Source: a virus. Taken from it: a stretch of 64,000 nucleotides of DNA. Below the pieces are notes generated by a model, which ran no database searches, was not told where the DNA came from, and saw only the letters and a list, made by a program, of their open reading frames with translations. Location of the stretch: the IMG/VR virus record IMGVR_UViG_3300030108_001677, positions 1 to 64,000 of that record; one strand, given 5' to 3'. A program made the position numbers and the translations under genes. Positions 19,236-27,796 of this stretch are shown here, in pieces (position 1 is the first letter of the stretch; every line of letters starts with the position of its first letter).

Positions 19236-20183
19236 ATGATAACATATAGAGAACCCCGACCATATCCCGTGCCCGACCATGACAATTTATTCTCATGTTA
19301 CAACTGGCACCCCGATATGCCGGACAATGTTATTCTCCGTGCAAGTAAATCATCGGTGAGCGACTTTACCTTCTGTAAGCAACAATACGCAATCAACAGG
19401 GTTCTTGGTATGAAAGAGCCACAGAATGACAATATGCTACGAGGAACAAATGTCCACGACAGTGTTGAATTGTTTTACCAGCGTGTTGATGTTGACAAGG
19501 CAAGCGAAGAACACGATCTTGAAAGATACTTTCGTGATTGTATTCCACATTCCAGTGAGATACGCTCGGCTCAAGACAATTTTTTCTTAGGAGAAGATTT
19601 GCATATTGATAGATTCTTAGAGAAAGAGATTCAGCGTTTCAACGCAAGCGACCCACAACACTTTTTGCCTACCGGTAATGAATTGGTGATTGACCATGTG
19701 CATGAAATAGAAGTGGATGGTATATCACAAAGGGTGCATTTCACCGGTATCATAGATAGGATATTCACTAATCCCGATGGGTCATTACATATACACGAAT
19801 TAAAAACTGGGGCATGGAAAGACAGTGCAAATAAATTTACCAACATGAGAAAGGAAATGGCTTTCTATGTATGGTTACTAAGAAAGTCCGACCCTACCAA
19901 TACAATTACACATTGGGGTTGGGATCACACCAAAGGTGTCAAGAATACCGATACATTTGATGCTGAAATGTTCCGTTATGTTGAGGCTGTTCGGGCAAAA
20001 GAGATAGGTGAAATGTTGGGCGACATACAGAATCTAATCCGCACGCACAGGAAATACAAAGGTGATGATGATATTAGCATGTTTCCTTTGCTACCATCGG
20101 GTGCCCAGTATATGATATGCGATCCGTGGTGTGGATTGAAAGAATTTTGCCCACGCTATCACCAGCACTTAGGGGATGAGTAA
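19236..20183 (+). CDS. Cas4-like PD-(D/E)XK nuclease (stand-alone)
   Basis: FCKQQY, RGTNVH, IDRI, HELKTG, C-terminal CDPWCGLKEFC Fe-S cysteines. Confidence 0.85.
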   Translation: MITYREPRPYPVPDHDNLFSCYNWHPDMPDNVILRASKSSVSDFTFCKQQYAINRVLGMKEPQNDNMLRGTNVHDSVELFYQRVDVDKASEEHDLERYFRDCIPHSSEIRSAQDNFFLGEDLHIDRFLEKEIQRFNASDPQHFLPTGNELVIDHVHEIEVDGISQRVHFTGIIDRIFTNPDGSLHIHELKTGAWKDSANKFTNMRKEMAFYVWLLRKSDPTNTITHWGWDHTKGVKNTDTFDAEMFRYVEAVRAKEIGEMLGDIQNLIRTHRKYKGDDDISMFPLLPSGAQYMICDPWCGLKEFCPRYHQHLGDE

Positions 20184-21186
20184 TATGACACGAAGCACGG
20201 ACAAGGACTTCACGCATGGAAAACACATTGACATCATGGTTGGTGATTGTGTTGAAAGCATGAAATCATTACCGGACAAAAGCGTGCAAACTTGTATCAC
20301 CAGCCCACCATACTGGGGGTTGCGTGATTACGGCCATGAAAAACAGTTAGGTATGGAAAAGACACCCGAAGAATTTGTGGCTAATATGGTCGAAGTGTTC
20401 CGTGAAGTGAGGCGTGTCTTGCGTGATGATGGCACGCTATGGCTCAATCTTGGAGATAGTTATGCCAGTGGTAAAGCAAGATACTCCACAAAAGAACAAA
20501 CACTTGCTGGTGGCAAAAGAAATGACGCTAAGTTAGGGGCATTACAAGATGGCAAGCGTGCTTGCGTTAAGCATCATGATTACTTGAAGGATAAAGATCT
20601 GATAGGCATACCGTGGCTTGTTGCCTTTGCTTTACAGCGTGATGGTTGGTGGCTAAGGCAAGACATCATTTGGGCAAAGCCTAATTGTATGCCCGAATCA
20701 GTAAAAGACCGATGCACTAAATCGCATGAATATGTATTCTTACTAACTAAATCACCCCGATATTACTATGACATAGATGCCATAAAAGAACCCGTAAAAC
20801 AGGATTGGGGCACAAGGAACCGCACAAACGGCAAATACCACAATGAAGGCACGGGCTTACAACCTCACACCGGATTAGAGAAATCATACACTACAAAGAA
20901 TAAGAGAAGTGTATGGTGGGTTTCTCCTAAGCCGTTTAACGGGGCGCATTTCGCAGTATTCCCTCCGGAATTGATTGAGCCATGTGTGTTGGCTGGCTGT
21001 CCAAAGGGTGGTGTTGTGTTAGATCCGTTTGGTGGTTCGGGAACCACTGGGGCGGTTGCGCTAAAGCATGGGAGAAAGGCGATATTGTGCGAGTTAAACG
21101 AAGAATATGCAAAGATAATACCAAAGAGGATAGAATCTATCACTGGTTTGTCTGCAACACAAAAGACATTTGATGATTGGTGGTGA
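20176..21186 (+). CDS. Beta-class DNA methyltransferase (N4-C/N6-A)
   Basis: TSPPYW motif IV precedes VLDPFGGSGTT motif I. Confidence 0.93.
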   Translation: MSNMTRSTDKDFTHGKHIDIMVGDCVESMKSLPDKSVQTCITSPPYWGLRDYGHEKQLGMEKTPEEFVANMVEVFREVRRVLRDDGTLWLNLGDSYASGKARYSTKEQTLAGGKRNDAKLGALQDGKRACVKHHDYLKDKDLIGIPWLVAFALQRDGWWLRQDIIWAKPNCMPESVKDRCTKSHEYVFLLTKSPRYYYDIDAIKEPVKQDWGTRNRTNGKYHNEGTGLQPHTGLEKSYTTKNKRSVWWVSPKPFNGAHFAVFPPELIEPCVLAGCPKGGVVLDPFGGSGTTGAVALKHGRKAILCELNEEYAKIIPKRIESITGLSATQKTFDDWW

Positions 21187-21190
21187 TACG

Positions 21191-22255
21191 ATGGCGCACA
21201 TGTTTAGACACTTTCCCCGTGAGATAGACATGCGTAAGCGTAAGGTGGTTCATTCGATGGATGAATTACAACACTATGTAACAGCAACAAACGGTGCTGA
21301 CAACCTAACCACTACTGTGTATGGCTTTAGACAATTGAAGCCGAATGGTCATAGAGGGGAATACAACACTGCTGTGATACCACACTTTGTCATGGACTTT
21401 GACTATGAACGGGCACTGAATGAAAATACAACGGCAAAGCAAGCGGGTAATCAGTGTTTCAAGCAAGTCTATGCTTTGCACCAGCATCTTGTGTCAAACG
21501 ACTGGCGACACGCTATGTTTTTCACTGGGGGCGGTGTTCACATTTGGGTTAGCCTTGACAAAACATACGAACCCACACCGGCTGAATTGGGTGACTTCTT
21601 ATTTAGTGGCCGTAAATTGATTGAGAAGTGGGTCAAAACATGGGATTTGACCACGCTTGACCCCGTTGTTTCTTTCCGCCCCGACCGCCATATTCGCATT
21701 CCTAACACATACAATTTCAAGCGTGGTCTTTGGGGTATGCCTCTTTCGACACAAGACATAGAGAAAGGTTGGGAGTATGTGTTGAAACAAGCACAAGAGC
21801 CTCAAGGTGGCATGATTATGTATGGCAAACAAGGCATGGTCATGAAAGTCAAAAAGCGAGATCCTAACCAGCCATTTGCGGCTGAAAAGGTTGATGTTGA
21901 CATGAAGCGTGTTGGTAAAATGACGGTGTTACCTTGCTTGGCATCAGCCGCTTGTGAAAAGGGTAGCAACCCTACCCATGAAGCAAGGGTGTATTTGGTT
22001 CAGTATCTTCAAGACAGACTACGCTCATTTGCACGACCCCCTTCTTCATCACCAATCACCAAGTCCAGTATCAAGAATACAATCGCATCTTTCATAGCCG
22101 ACTTACAATGGTCGGACTACAATGAGGAAACTACACGGGGCTACATTGAACACAGCGTCAACAGGGCATACATCACACCCTCTTGTCGCACCCTCTATGA
22201 GAAGGGGTATTGTATTGGGAGATGTCCGTTTTATGACAGGAGTGGTGGACAGTGA
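21191..22255 (+). CDS. Archaeo-eukaryotic primase, catalytic domain fused to PriL-like Fe-S domain
   Basis: DFD, TGGGVH, RIPNT; C-terminal LPCL...HEAR...PSCRTL...CIGRC. Confidence 0.88.
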   Translation: MAHMFRHFPREIDMRKRKVVHSMDELQHYVTATNGADNLTTTVYGFRQLKPNGHRGEYNTAVIPHFVMDFDYERALNENTTAKQAGNQCFKQVYALHQHLVSNDWRHAMFFTGGGVHIWVSLDKTYEPTPAELGDFLFSGRKLIEKWVKTWDLTTLDPVVSFRPDRHIRIPNTYNFKRGLWGMPLSTQDIEKGWEYVLKQAQEPQGGMIMYGKQGMVMKVKKRDPNQPFAAEKVDVDMKRVGKMTVLPCLASAACEKGSNPTHEARVYLVQYLQDRLRSFARPPSSSPITKSSIKNTIASFIADLQWSDYNEETTRGYIEHSVNRAYITPSCRTLYEKGYCIGRCPFYDRSGGQ

Positions 22256-22316
22256 ATTTTTCAATTGGAAATTCGATTTTTCAATTGGAATATTCAATTT
22301 CAAATTCTAATTGGAT
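22256..22316. repeat. AT-rich direct repeats with CAATTG core; candidate origin or operator
   Basis: ATTTTTCAATTGGAA at 22256 and 22276 (20-bp period); degenerate TTCTAATTGGAT at 22305. Confidence 0.75.
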
Positions 22317-22337
22317 GTTAGAAAACAGGTGAAAATT

Positions 22338-22460
22338 ATGGCGAGATTAACAGCGAGATTTTGTGTGAAGAAGGACTGTAAGAAAATAGCATTAAGCGGA
22401 TTCCGTAAATGTGCTGATTGTATGTTTGGGAGAACCAAAAGGGTTGGTGAAGAAGAATGA
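22338..22460 (+). CDS. 40-aa Cys4 basic protein (not in ORF track)
   Basis: GGTGA SD; MARLTARFCVKKDCKKIALSGFRKCADCMFG...*; ATGA overlap. Confidence 0.65.
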   Translation: MARLTARFCVKKDCKKIALSGFRKCADCMFGRTKRVGEEE

Positions 22461-22777
22461 GCGAAGATATAGAGAAGATCCGTGCTGAAAAGATAGCGGC
22501 ACTGCAAGCAAAGATGAAGAAGGCTGATGAAGAAAACGAAGAAATAACCGCCATGAAGCAAGAATTTACATGGTCGGATTTCGGTTATGAAGAACCACCA
22601 TTTGGTTTTCGTGAAAGCGAAGAAATGCCGGGTGCATTTGATATTTGCCAAGAGCGTCAATCGGTTGCCATAACTGGCGACCCAAGATTCGCTATGCTTG
22701 TCACAGACTTGTTAAACAGGGCTAAGAAAGAGGAACTCATCATTAACCACAAAGCAGGGGAGATAAAGGATGAGTAA
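22457..22777 (+). CDS. Hypothetical protein
   Basis: GGTGA SD; coupled. Confidence 0.75.
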   Translation: MSEDIEKIRAEKIAALQAKMKKADEENEEITAMKQEFTWSDFGYEEPPFGFRESEEMPGAFDICQERQSVAITGDPRFAMLVTDLLNRAKKEELIINHKAGEIKDE

Positions 22778-23474
22778 GATACTATACATTGACAACCGTG
22801 AACGGTCGGGTCTTGAACAGGCAGTGAAAGATAAGGCCGACAAAGCCGGTATCAAGTGGGAAGTAAATCAAAATCTTATCACTGATTACTCATACGGGCA
22901 AATTGGCATTGAGGCCAAAAGCATAGATGATTATTTTTCCTCGCTACAAGGCGGGCACCTTGCCAGTCAATTAGCGAGCATGGATGAAAACTACAACCAC
23001 ATGATACTGGTCATTCACGGTAAGTTAGACGCTTACATAGCCCGTTTGAAGAAGCGTGGTAATAGAACACCATACGCACGCATACAGGCTCAATTTGTGG
23101 GTTCGCTTGCGAGGCTTGATGTGGACTATGATATGACCATCATGCACTTTCCTACGCCCTCCACAGCCGCCTATTGGATTGTTCAGCGTTGTGCTAAAGA
23201 CGGCACACTGGGTAGTATATCCACATACAGAACAATGAGGCGCACATCAAGCGAGGACATACGCATTGATGGACTAAGGGCACTGGGTTGTAGTGAAGCG
23301 ATAGCAAAGCGGTTGCTCAAAGAGTTTGGTTCGATTACCGAGATCGCTGGTGCCAATGCAAAGGAATTGATGGCTCTTGAAGGCATAGGAAAAATCCGTG
23401 CTAAAGCAATTGTAAATGCTCTAAATAGTGAGTCGGCTGTGTCAAAGGAGAAGGTAAAAATCACCAACGCCTAA
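22770..23474 (+). CDS. ERCC4/XPF-family nuclease with HhH domain
   Basis: IDNRE, GIEAKSIDD, C-terminal LEGIGKIRA HhH. Confidence 0.9.
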   Translation: MSKILYIDNRERSGLEQAVKDKADKAGIKWEVNQNLITDYSYGQIGIEAKSIDDYFSSLQGGHLASQLASMDENYNHMILVIHGKLDAYIARLKKRGNRTPYARIQAQFVGSLARLDVDYDMTIMHFPTPSTAAYWIVQRCAKDGTLGSISTYRTMRRTSSEDIRIDGLRALGCSEAIAKRLLKEFGSITEIAGANAKELMALEGIGKIRAKAIVNALNSESAVSKEKVKITNA

Positions 23475-23524
23475 GCGTTGATATATGAGAGTCAAATAGG
23501 GCAAAGTCCAACGGAGGTAGTGAG

Positions 23525-25063
23525 ATGGGAATATCAGTTAATAGCGACATGAATGATATAATGGCGCAACAAAGACAGTGGGATGATTACCAAGTCGTAG
23601 CAAGTGAAAACGAAGGTTCAAGGTTTATTCGTGGATATATTGAGCGTTTCAATACTGTATCGTTTTTCAACGAATACGCTGGCCTGTTGTCCTTCTTTTT
23701 CGTCATGGGTCAATTGTGTGCCCCATACATGAGAATACCCATACACGGCACTTTCATTGATTGCAGGGTGCATATCTATTGGATTCAACAATCAAGGACT
23801 GGTAAATCAATTGCATGGGAATTTACGGACAGGTTGTTAGATGCTTGCGGTATTGAGAGCGATACTTTCACCGCAGGTTCGGATGCTAAACTCATAGGAA
23901 CAGTCCAGCAAACACCCGTTGTTGATGAGAATGGCCGCCCAACAGGTGAAGTCAATCACATCACTGTGCCGGGTTTGCTGAACGGCTACAAGACGCTTCT
24001 ATTCGATGAGGCTTCTATACTGCTCAATGATTCAAAGGCACACTTCTCCGATAAGATCCTTTACCTTCAACAAGCGATGGCACCTTTGGGTTCACGAACC
24101 AATGTATTGGTTAAGCACCTTGTGGGTGGCGATGTAAGAACACCATCGGGTGTTTCATTGTGGATGACAACATTCCCACCTAAAGACATCATGGCGCATG
24201 TGCTGGACAAAGGTTTCTTTCAGCGTGTATTCTTATTCCAAAATGACATATCCAGTGAACAGCGACAAACTACCAGCGAACACCGTGTGGGTGGTGCTTA
24301 TGTCCGTGTGCGTGAGGAAATCATGGACTACGGCAATTTGGCCGAATATCTCAATGCGTGTGTTGGTGATGTAAGAGAACGCCTGTTTGATGCTATGGGT
24401 CTTTCGTGGCAAACTGTGGAGATTAGAAACGAAGAAGGCGAGTTAGAAGAACGCCGTATAAGCCGTGAAGATGTATGGGCACAGATGGAGGATGGAGAGC
24501 GTGAGCAAGCCGCCATGAGGCACGCACACGACATATTCACGGTATCATCGGGCTACCACCCAGCGATACTCAACGCTGTTGACGATTACTATGGTTTGGT
24601 CAATAACATAGCCAGTGAGAATGTCCGTGAAACAGCACTGTCATTCTTGCCTAACATAGAAAACTACACTATGATTTTCTCCAACTTGATTGCGGTTCTC
24701 ATGCGTTCATCACAAATCACTGAAGATCATGTGATGATGGCAAGCGAGATTATCTTCGACAACCTACACAATCTAACTATTTGGCTTGAACAAAAGGAGT
24801 CGGCTAAGGATAGAAAGAAGGTTAGTGCCGAGCGTGCGTCATGGATGGCCGCATTCCGTCAGTGTCAAAAGTATGTCAATGAGGCTGATGGCGTGGAGAG
24901 AGTCATGCAATCCGATCTTCTCAAGGTATATGCGGCACAGCAATCGGTTGCTGATATTACAGCACAGCGAAGATATAACGCACTGCGTAAGGGTGGACAG
25001 GTTGAAGTCGTTAAGCAAGGCAAAGGTGGCCGCAACTATGTTTCATTCAAGTGGGGGAAATGA
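23525..25063 (+). CDS. Divergent MCM-like AAA+ ATPase (putative replicative helicase)
   Basis: Walker A SRTGKS, SDAKLIG, PGLL, Walker B LLFDEA, FFQR arginine finger; wHTH-like C-terminus. Confidence 0.65.
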   Translation: MGISVNSDMNDIMAQQRQWDDYQVVASENEGSRFIRGYIERFNTVSFFNEYAGLLSFFFVMGQLCAPYMRIPIHGTFIDCRVHIYWIQQSRTGKSIAWEFTDRLLDACGIESDTFTAGSDAKLIGTVQQTPVVDENGRPTGEVNHITVPGLLNGYKTLLFDEASILLNDSKAHFSDKILYLQQAMAPLGSRTNVLVKHLVGGDVRTPSGVSLWMTTFPPKDIMAHVLDKGFFQRVFLFQNDISSEQRQTTSEHRVGGAYVRVREEIMDYGNLAEYLNACVGDVRERLFDAMGLSWQTVEIRNEEGELEERRISREDVWAQMEDGEREQAAMRHAHDIFTVSSGYHPAILNAVDDYYGLVNNIASENVRETALSFLPNIENYTMIFSNLIAVLMRSSQITEDHVMMASEIIFDNLHNLTIWLEQKESAKDRKKVSAERASWMAAFRQCQKYVNEADGVERVMQSDLLKVYAAQQSVADITAQRRYNALRKGGQVEVVKQGKGGRNYVSFKWGK

Positions 25064-25064
25064 A

Positions 25065-25613
25065 ATGAGAGGGATGGCTGTATTATTTGATTTTGAGTAT
25101 GAAGATGGCTACCGCAAAGATGCGGATATTTGGCTTATTGCTACATGGGATGGCAACAAATCGGTTGTTTATACTGATGTGTCTATGAGCGAAAAGAGTC
25201 TAAAGACGGACTTGAGGGATTTATCGGAATGGAATATTGATGATGATGAATATGTTGGTCATAATTTGCATAGCCTGTTTGACGGCAAGGCATTCGATCT
25301 TCTCAAGGCCACCAAAGAAGCCAGTGCGCCTGTCCTTCAAAATGAGGGCAAGCGGTTTCAGTTATACGATTTAGCAAGGTGGAACGGTGTGCGTGGCATA
25401 CCCGTTGAATTTGTTACACGAATGAGGAAAGCAAGTGCTTGGTTCAAAGGCCAGCACATAAAGTCGGCAAGATGGGCGATAGAAGATGCCATAATGTGTT
25501 ATGACCTGTTCAATAAAGTGAAAAAGAAAGGACATGTTAGATTTCTTGACGCAAAGACCGGCAAACGGCCTTCGGCCAGTGTTTCGTGGTCAATTGCACA
25601 AGAGGATGAGTAG
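25065..25613 (+). CDS. RNase H-fold (DnaQ-like) exonuclease-like protein, possibly degenerate
   Basis: LFDFE, VGHNL, EDAIMCYDLF. Confidence 0.55.
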   Translation: MRGMAVLFDFEYEDGYRKDADIWLIATWDGNKSVVYTDVSMSEKSLKTDLRDLSEWNIDDDEYVGHNLHSLFDGKAFDLLKATKEASAPVLQNEGKRFQLYDLARWNGVRGIPVEFVTRMRKASAWFKGQHIKSARWAIEDAIMCYDLFNKVKKKGHVRFLDAKTGKRPSASVSWSIAQEDE

Positions 25614-25614
25614 T

Positions 25615-25839
25615 ATGCCTTATCAGTGGTATGAATGCCGCACGAAAAAATGCAATAAAAAGCGAAAATGGTCAATTGCTAAGAGGCCGGGGTGCATAAA
25701 CTGTGGTCGTAAAAAGAATATGACTGTAATGGAACCTCAACCTCCACCACCGAAAGACTTTTTCAAGCAAGACCGTATAGAGGCCGCAGATCGTGTGTTA
25801 AAGGGCTGGGTTGATACCTTCAAGAGCCGTTCAAAATAG
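25615..25839 (+). CDS. Small basic Zn-finger protein
   Basis: CRTKKC...CINC; last + strand gene. Confidence 0.65.
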   Translation: MPYQWYECRTKKCNKKRKWSIAKRPGCINCGRKKNMTVMEPQPPPPKDFFKQDRIEAADRVLKGWVDTFKSRSK

Positions 25840-27186
25840 ACGCTGTTGTAGCGTAGTCGGCATTTGTAGTCCTTTCAACCCGAACATCTCCACCTGTGGG
25901 AATTTGTTTGCCTTTGGCTTACGAAGCCACGGATATATGGTGTAGCCACTGTCTATCGCATCTTTGATATATTCTTCCAGTGGTTGGTGCTTATCTTTAG
26001 CATACATGTAATTAGACAGTATAGATGGTCCGGAATGTTCCCTGCCTAAGCGCAAAATACCACGCTGGAAATCATCGTATGTTCTCCCCAACTGCTGTAA
26101 GCCCGTAGCACCATAGTCCATATCACGGGATATGTAAGGCGGATCTAGATACAACAGGTCGGTGGGTCGTAACAAATCACCGATGTCTAACGCATTACCC
26201 TGTGTAATGTCCACGCCTTTGTAGCGTGGTGCATAAGCATCAAGATTTATTTTGCGACTCATGTAAGGGAAAGCACGGAAATTTTTTGCTTGCTTTTGTT
26301 CATCTTCGCTGAACCCATCCCACGAACCCTGTGCGTGGTATCTGTTGAATTGTTCCATAGTGGCTCGACTGTTATCTCGGAATTTTTGGTTGGGGTATCG
26401 GCCTTCTGTATATGGAACACGATAATCACCTTCAAAATTCTTCATAGGCACTTGTTTGCCCTTCTCATTCATCTCGGTGCGACCCTGCCAATCTGTGCCT
26501 CTCCAATCGGTGCGGTAACTTGCTAAGTTATTTCCTACGAATAGACGAGCCATTCTCAACAATTCTTCATCGGTCATGTCCTCTCCATACATGTCACGCC
26601 TCATTCTCAAATGATTCAATTCGGCAAAGTTATCGTCTAACTCCTGTTGATTTTGAGGAATCACAACATCACCCATGCCTCTTTTGGCCTGTGTGTGTAT
26701 ATTCACAATGTCGGGATTCATGTCATTAATCAGCCCAGTGCCACGATTCATACCTAACACGAATGAACCACTACCACCCATAGGCTCAACGGGTCTATCC
26801 CATTCACCTAACTTAGATGCCATGACACGAAACTTGGGCATTTCGCTGGTCTTACCTCCCTCCCAATTGATGAAGGTTGTGAGCATGTTGTTTTCCGAAT
26901 CGGTAAATCCTCTCATAGCGTCAAAAATAGGTTGAGGATCTTGTCCAGCCAACACAGCGTTACGCATAGGCATGAGGGGTGTTCCCTCACGGACACCAAT
27001 AGAACCCTTCTTTTGCGCTTCTGTGGGCGTAAAAGGTGGGGGTGGTAGTGCTTTCCCTTCTTCTGTGAGTAAGCGCAAGGATTCAACAATCATAGGGTCT
27101 AATTCGTCTATGTCCTCATACTCAACTCCGTTGAATACAATACCTTTCATGATCGACCACGCTTCGGAGAACGCATCTCGATTCAT
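25831..27186 (-). CDS. Dam-family (alpha-class) DNA adenine methyltransferase with N-terminal extension
   Basis: FINWEGGK, VEPMGGSGS, INDMN, GDYRVPY (Dam hairpin-like), LYLDPPY. Confidence 0.88.
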   Translation of the reverse strand: MNRDAFSEAWSIMKGIVFNGVEYEDIDELDPMIVESLRLLTEEGKALPPPPFTPTEAQKKGSIGVREGTPLMPMRNAVLAGQDPQPIFDAMRGFTDSENNMLTTFINWEGGKTSEMPKFRVMASKLGEWDRPVEPMGGSGSFVLGMNRGTGLINDMNPDIVNIHTQAKRGMGDVVIPQNQQELDDNFAELNHLRMRRDMYGEDMTDEELLRMARLFVGNNLASYRTDWRGTDWQGRTEMNEKGKQVPMKNFEGDYRVPYTEGRYPNQKFRDNSRATMEQFNRYHAQGSWDGFSEDEQKQAKNFRAFPYMSRKINLDAYAPRYKGVDITQGNALDIGDLLRPTDLLYLDPPYISRDMDYGATGLQQLGRTYDDFQRGILRLGREHSGPSILSNYMYAKDKHQPLEEYIKDAIDSGYTIYPWLRKPKANKFPQVEMFGLKGLQMPTTLQQRLF

Positions 27187-27197
27187 AAACCAACGCC

Positions 27198-27359
27198 TCA
27201 CTTTTTCGTGTGCCTAAGACCCGACCAGCATATCTCCTGTAATTCAGCGTCATTCTCAAAGATAACAAAATTCAATTCTTCGGTATCAACCACATCATAA
27301 GCAACCCAAGTTACAATAAAACCCAGTATCATTCCGCCTACAAACAAATATCCTATCAT
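27198..27359 (-). CDS. 53-aa membrane protein (not in ORF track)
   Basis: MIGYLFVGGMILGFIVTWVAYD... single hydrophobic helix; ATGA-coupled to upstream gene. Confidence 0.65.
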   Translation of the reverse strand: MIGYLFVGGMILGFIVTWVAYDVVDTEELNFVIFENDAELQEICWSGLRHTKK

Positions 27360-27631
27360 CTATCTCTCGCCACCCTTTGTCCACCTGCACCTAATTGCCT
27401 TCGCATCTTAGGTCTTGCGCCCGAACCGCTACCTCTTGTCTTACTTCTCTTGTATCGGTTCGCTGTTCGCTTGGATTTGTTCTTGCGTGATACGCCCCAC
27501 GCCCTTCTTTTTGCCTGTCGTTCAGCACGGCCTGTGAGAGTATTCTTTGAATATCCTCTAAAATTACCTTTGATTACTGACCATCCGACATCTGCGGCAC
27601 GCTTTTCAACTTGGGATTTGCGTTCCGCCAT
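27356..27631 (-). CDS. Arg/Lys-rich small protein
   Basis: About 29 R/K in 91 aa; GGTGA SD. Confidence 0.7.
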   Translation of the reverse strand: MAERKSQVEKRAADVGWSVIKGNFRGYSKNTLTGRAERQAKRRAWGVSRKNKSKRTANRYKRSKTRGSGSGARPKMRRQLGAGGQRVARDR

Positions 27632-27774
27632 ATATCACCGCATGAAGGACATTCCCATAAAAATATCCTATCACGACTACCTGCATAGAACCCGTTTATG
27701 CGTAATGCCAACACTTCGGAACCACAAGATTTGCATATTTGTGACACCTTCGCACGATATGTTCTCGCCTTCAT
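27574..27774 (-). CDS. Zn-ribbon protein
   Basis: CKSC...WECPSCG; start uncertain. Confidence 0.65.
   Translation of the reverse strand: MKARTYRAKVSQICKSCGSEVLALRINGFYAGSRDRIFLWECPSCGDIWRNANPKLKSVPQMSDGQ
27656..27664 (-). promoter_or_regulatory. TATA-like box upstream of the basic protein gene
   Basis: ATTTTTATG about 25 nt before ATG 27631. Confidence 0.35.
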
Positions 27775-27796
27775 TCCAATTAGGTCTAAGTCCAAA

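Noticed and set aside
19236-20183. Cas4-like gene as part of a CRISPR-Cas system
   Set aside because: No repeat-spacer array or other cas genes seen; stand-alone Cas4-like nucleases are common in viral replication blocks
22256-22316. Direct repeats as a mini-CRISPR array
   Set aside because: 15-bp repeats with a 5-bp spacer are far too short
23465-23480. Hairpin CAACGC-CTAA-GCGTTG over the ERCC4 stop codon as a terminator
   Set aside because: Only 6 bp and no T-tract; too weak to call
16934-25063. Inteins or a split gene in PolB, primase or helicase
   Set aside because: Protein lengths are compact and no intein splice-junction motifs were seen
25831-25839. Bidirectional terminator at the strand switch
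   Set aside because: The convergent genes overlap by 9 nt, with no intergenic hairpin or T-tract
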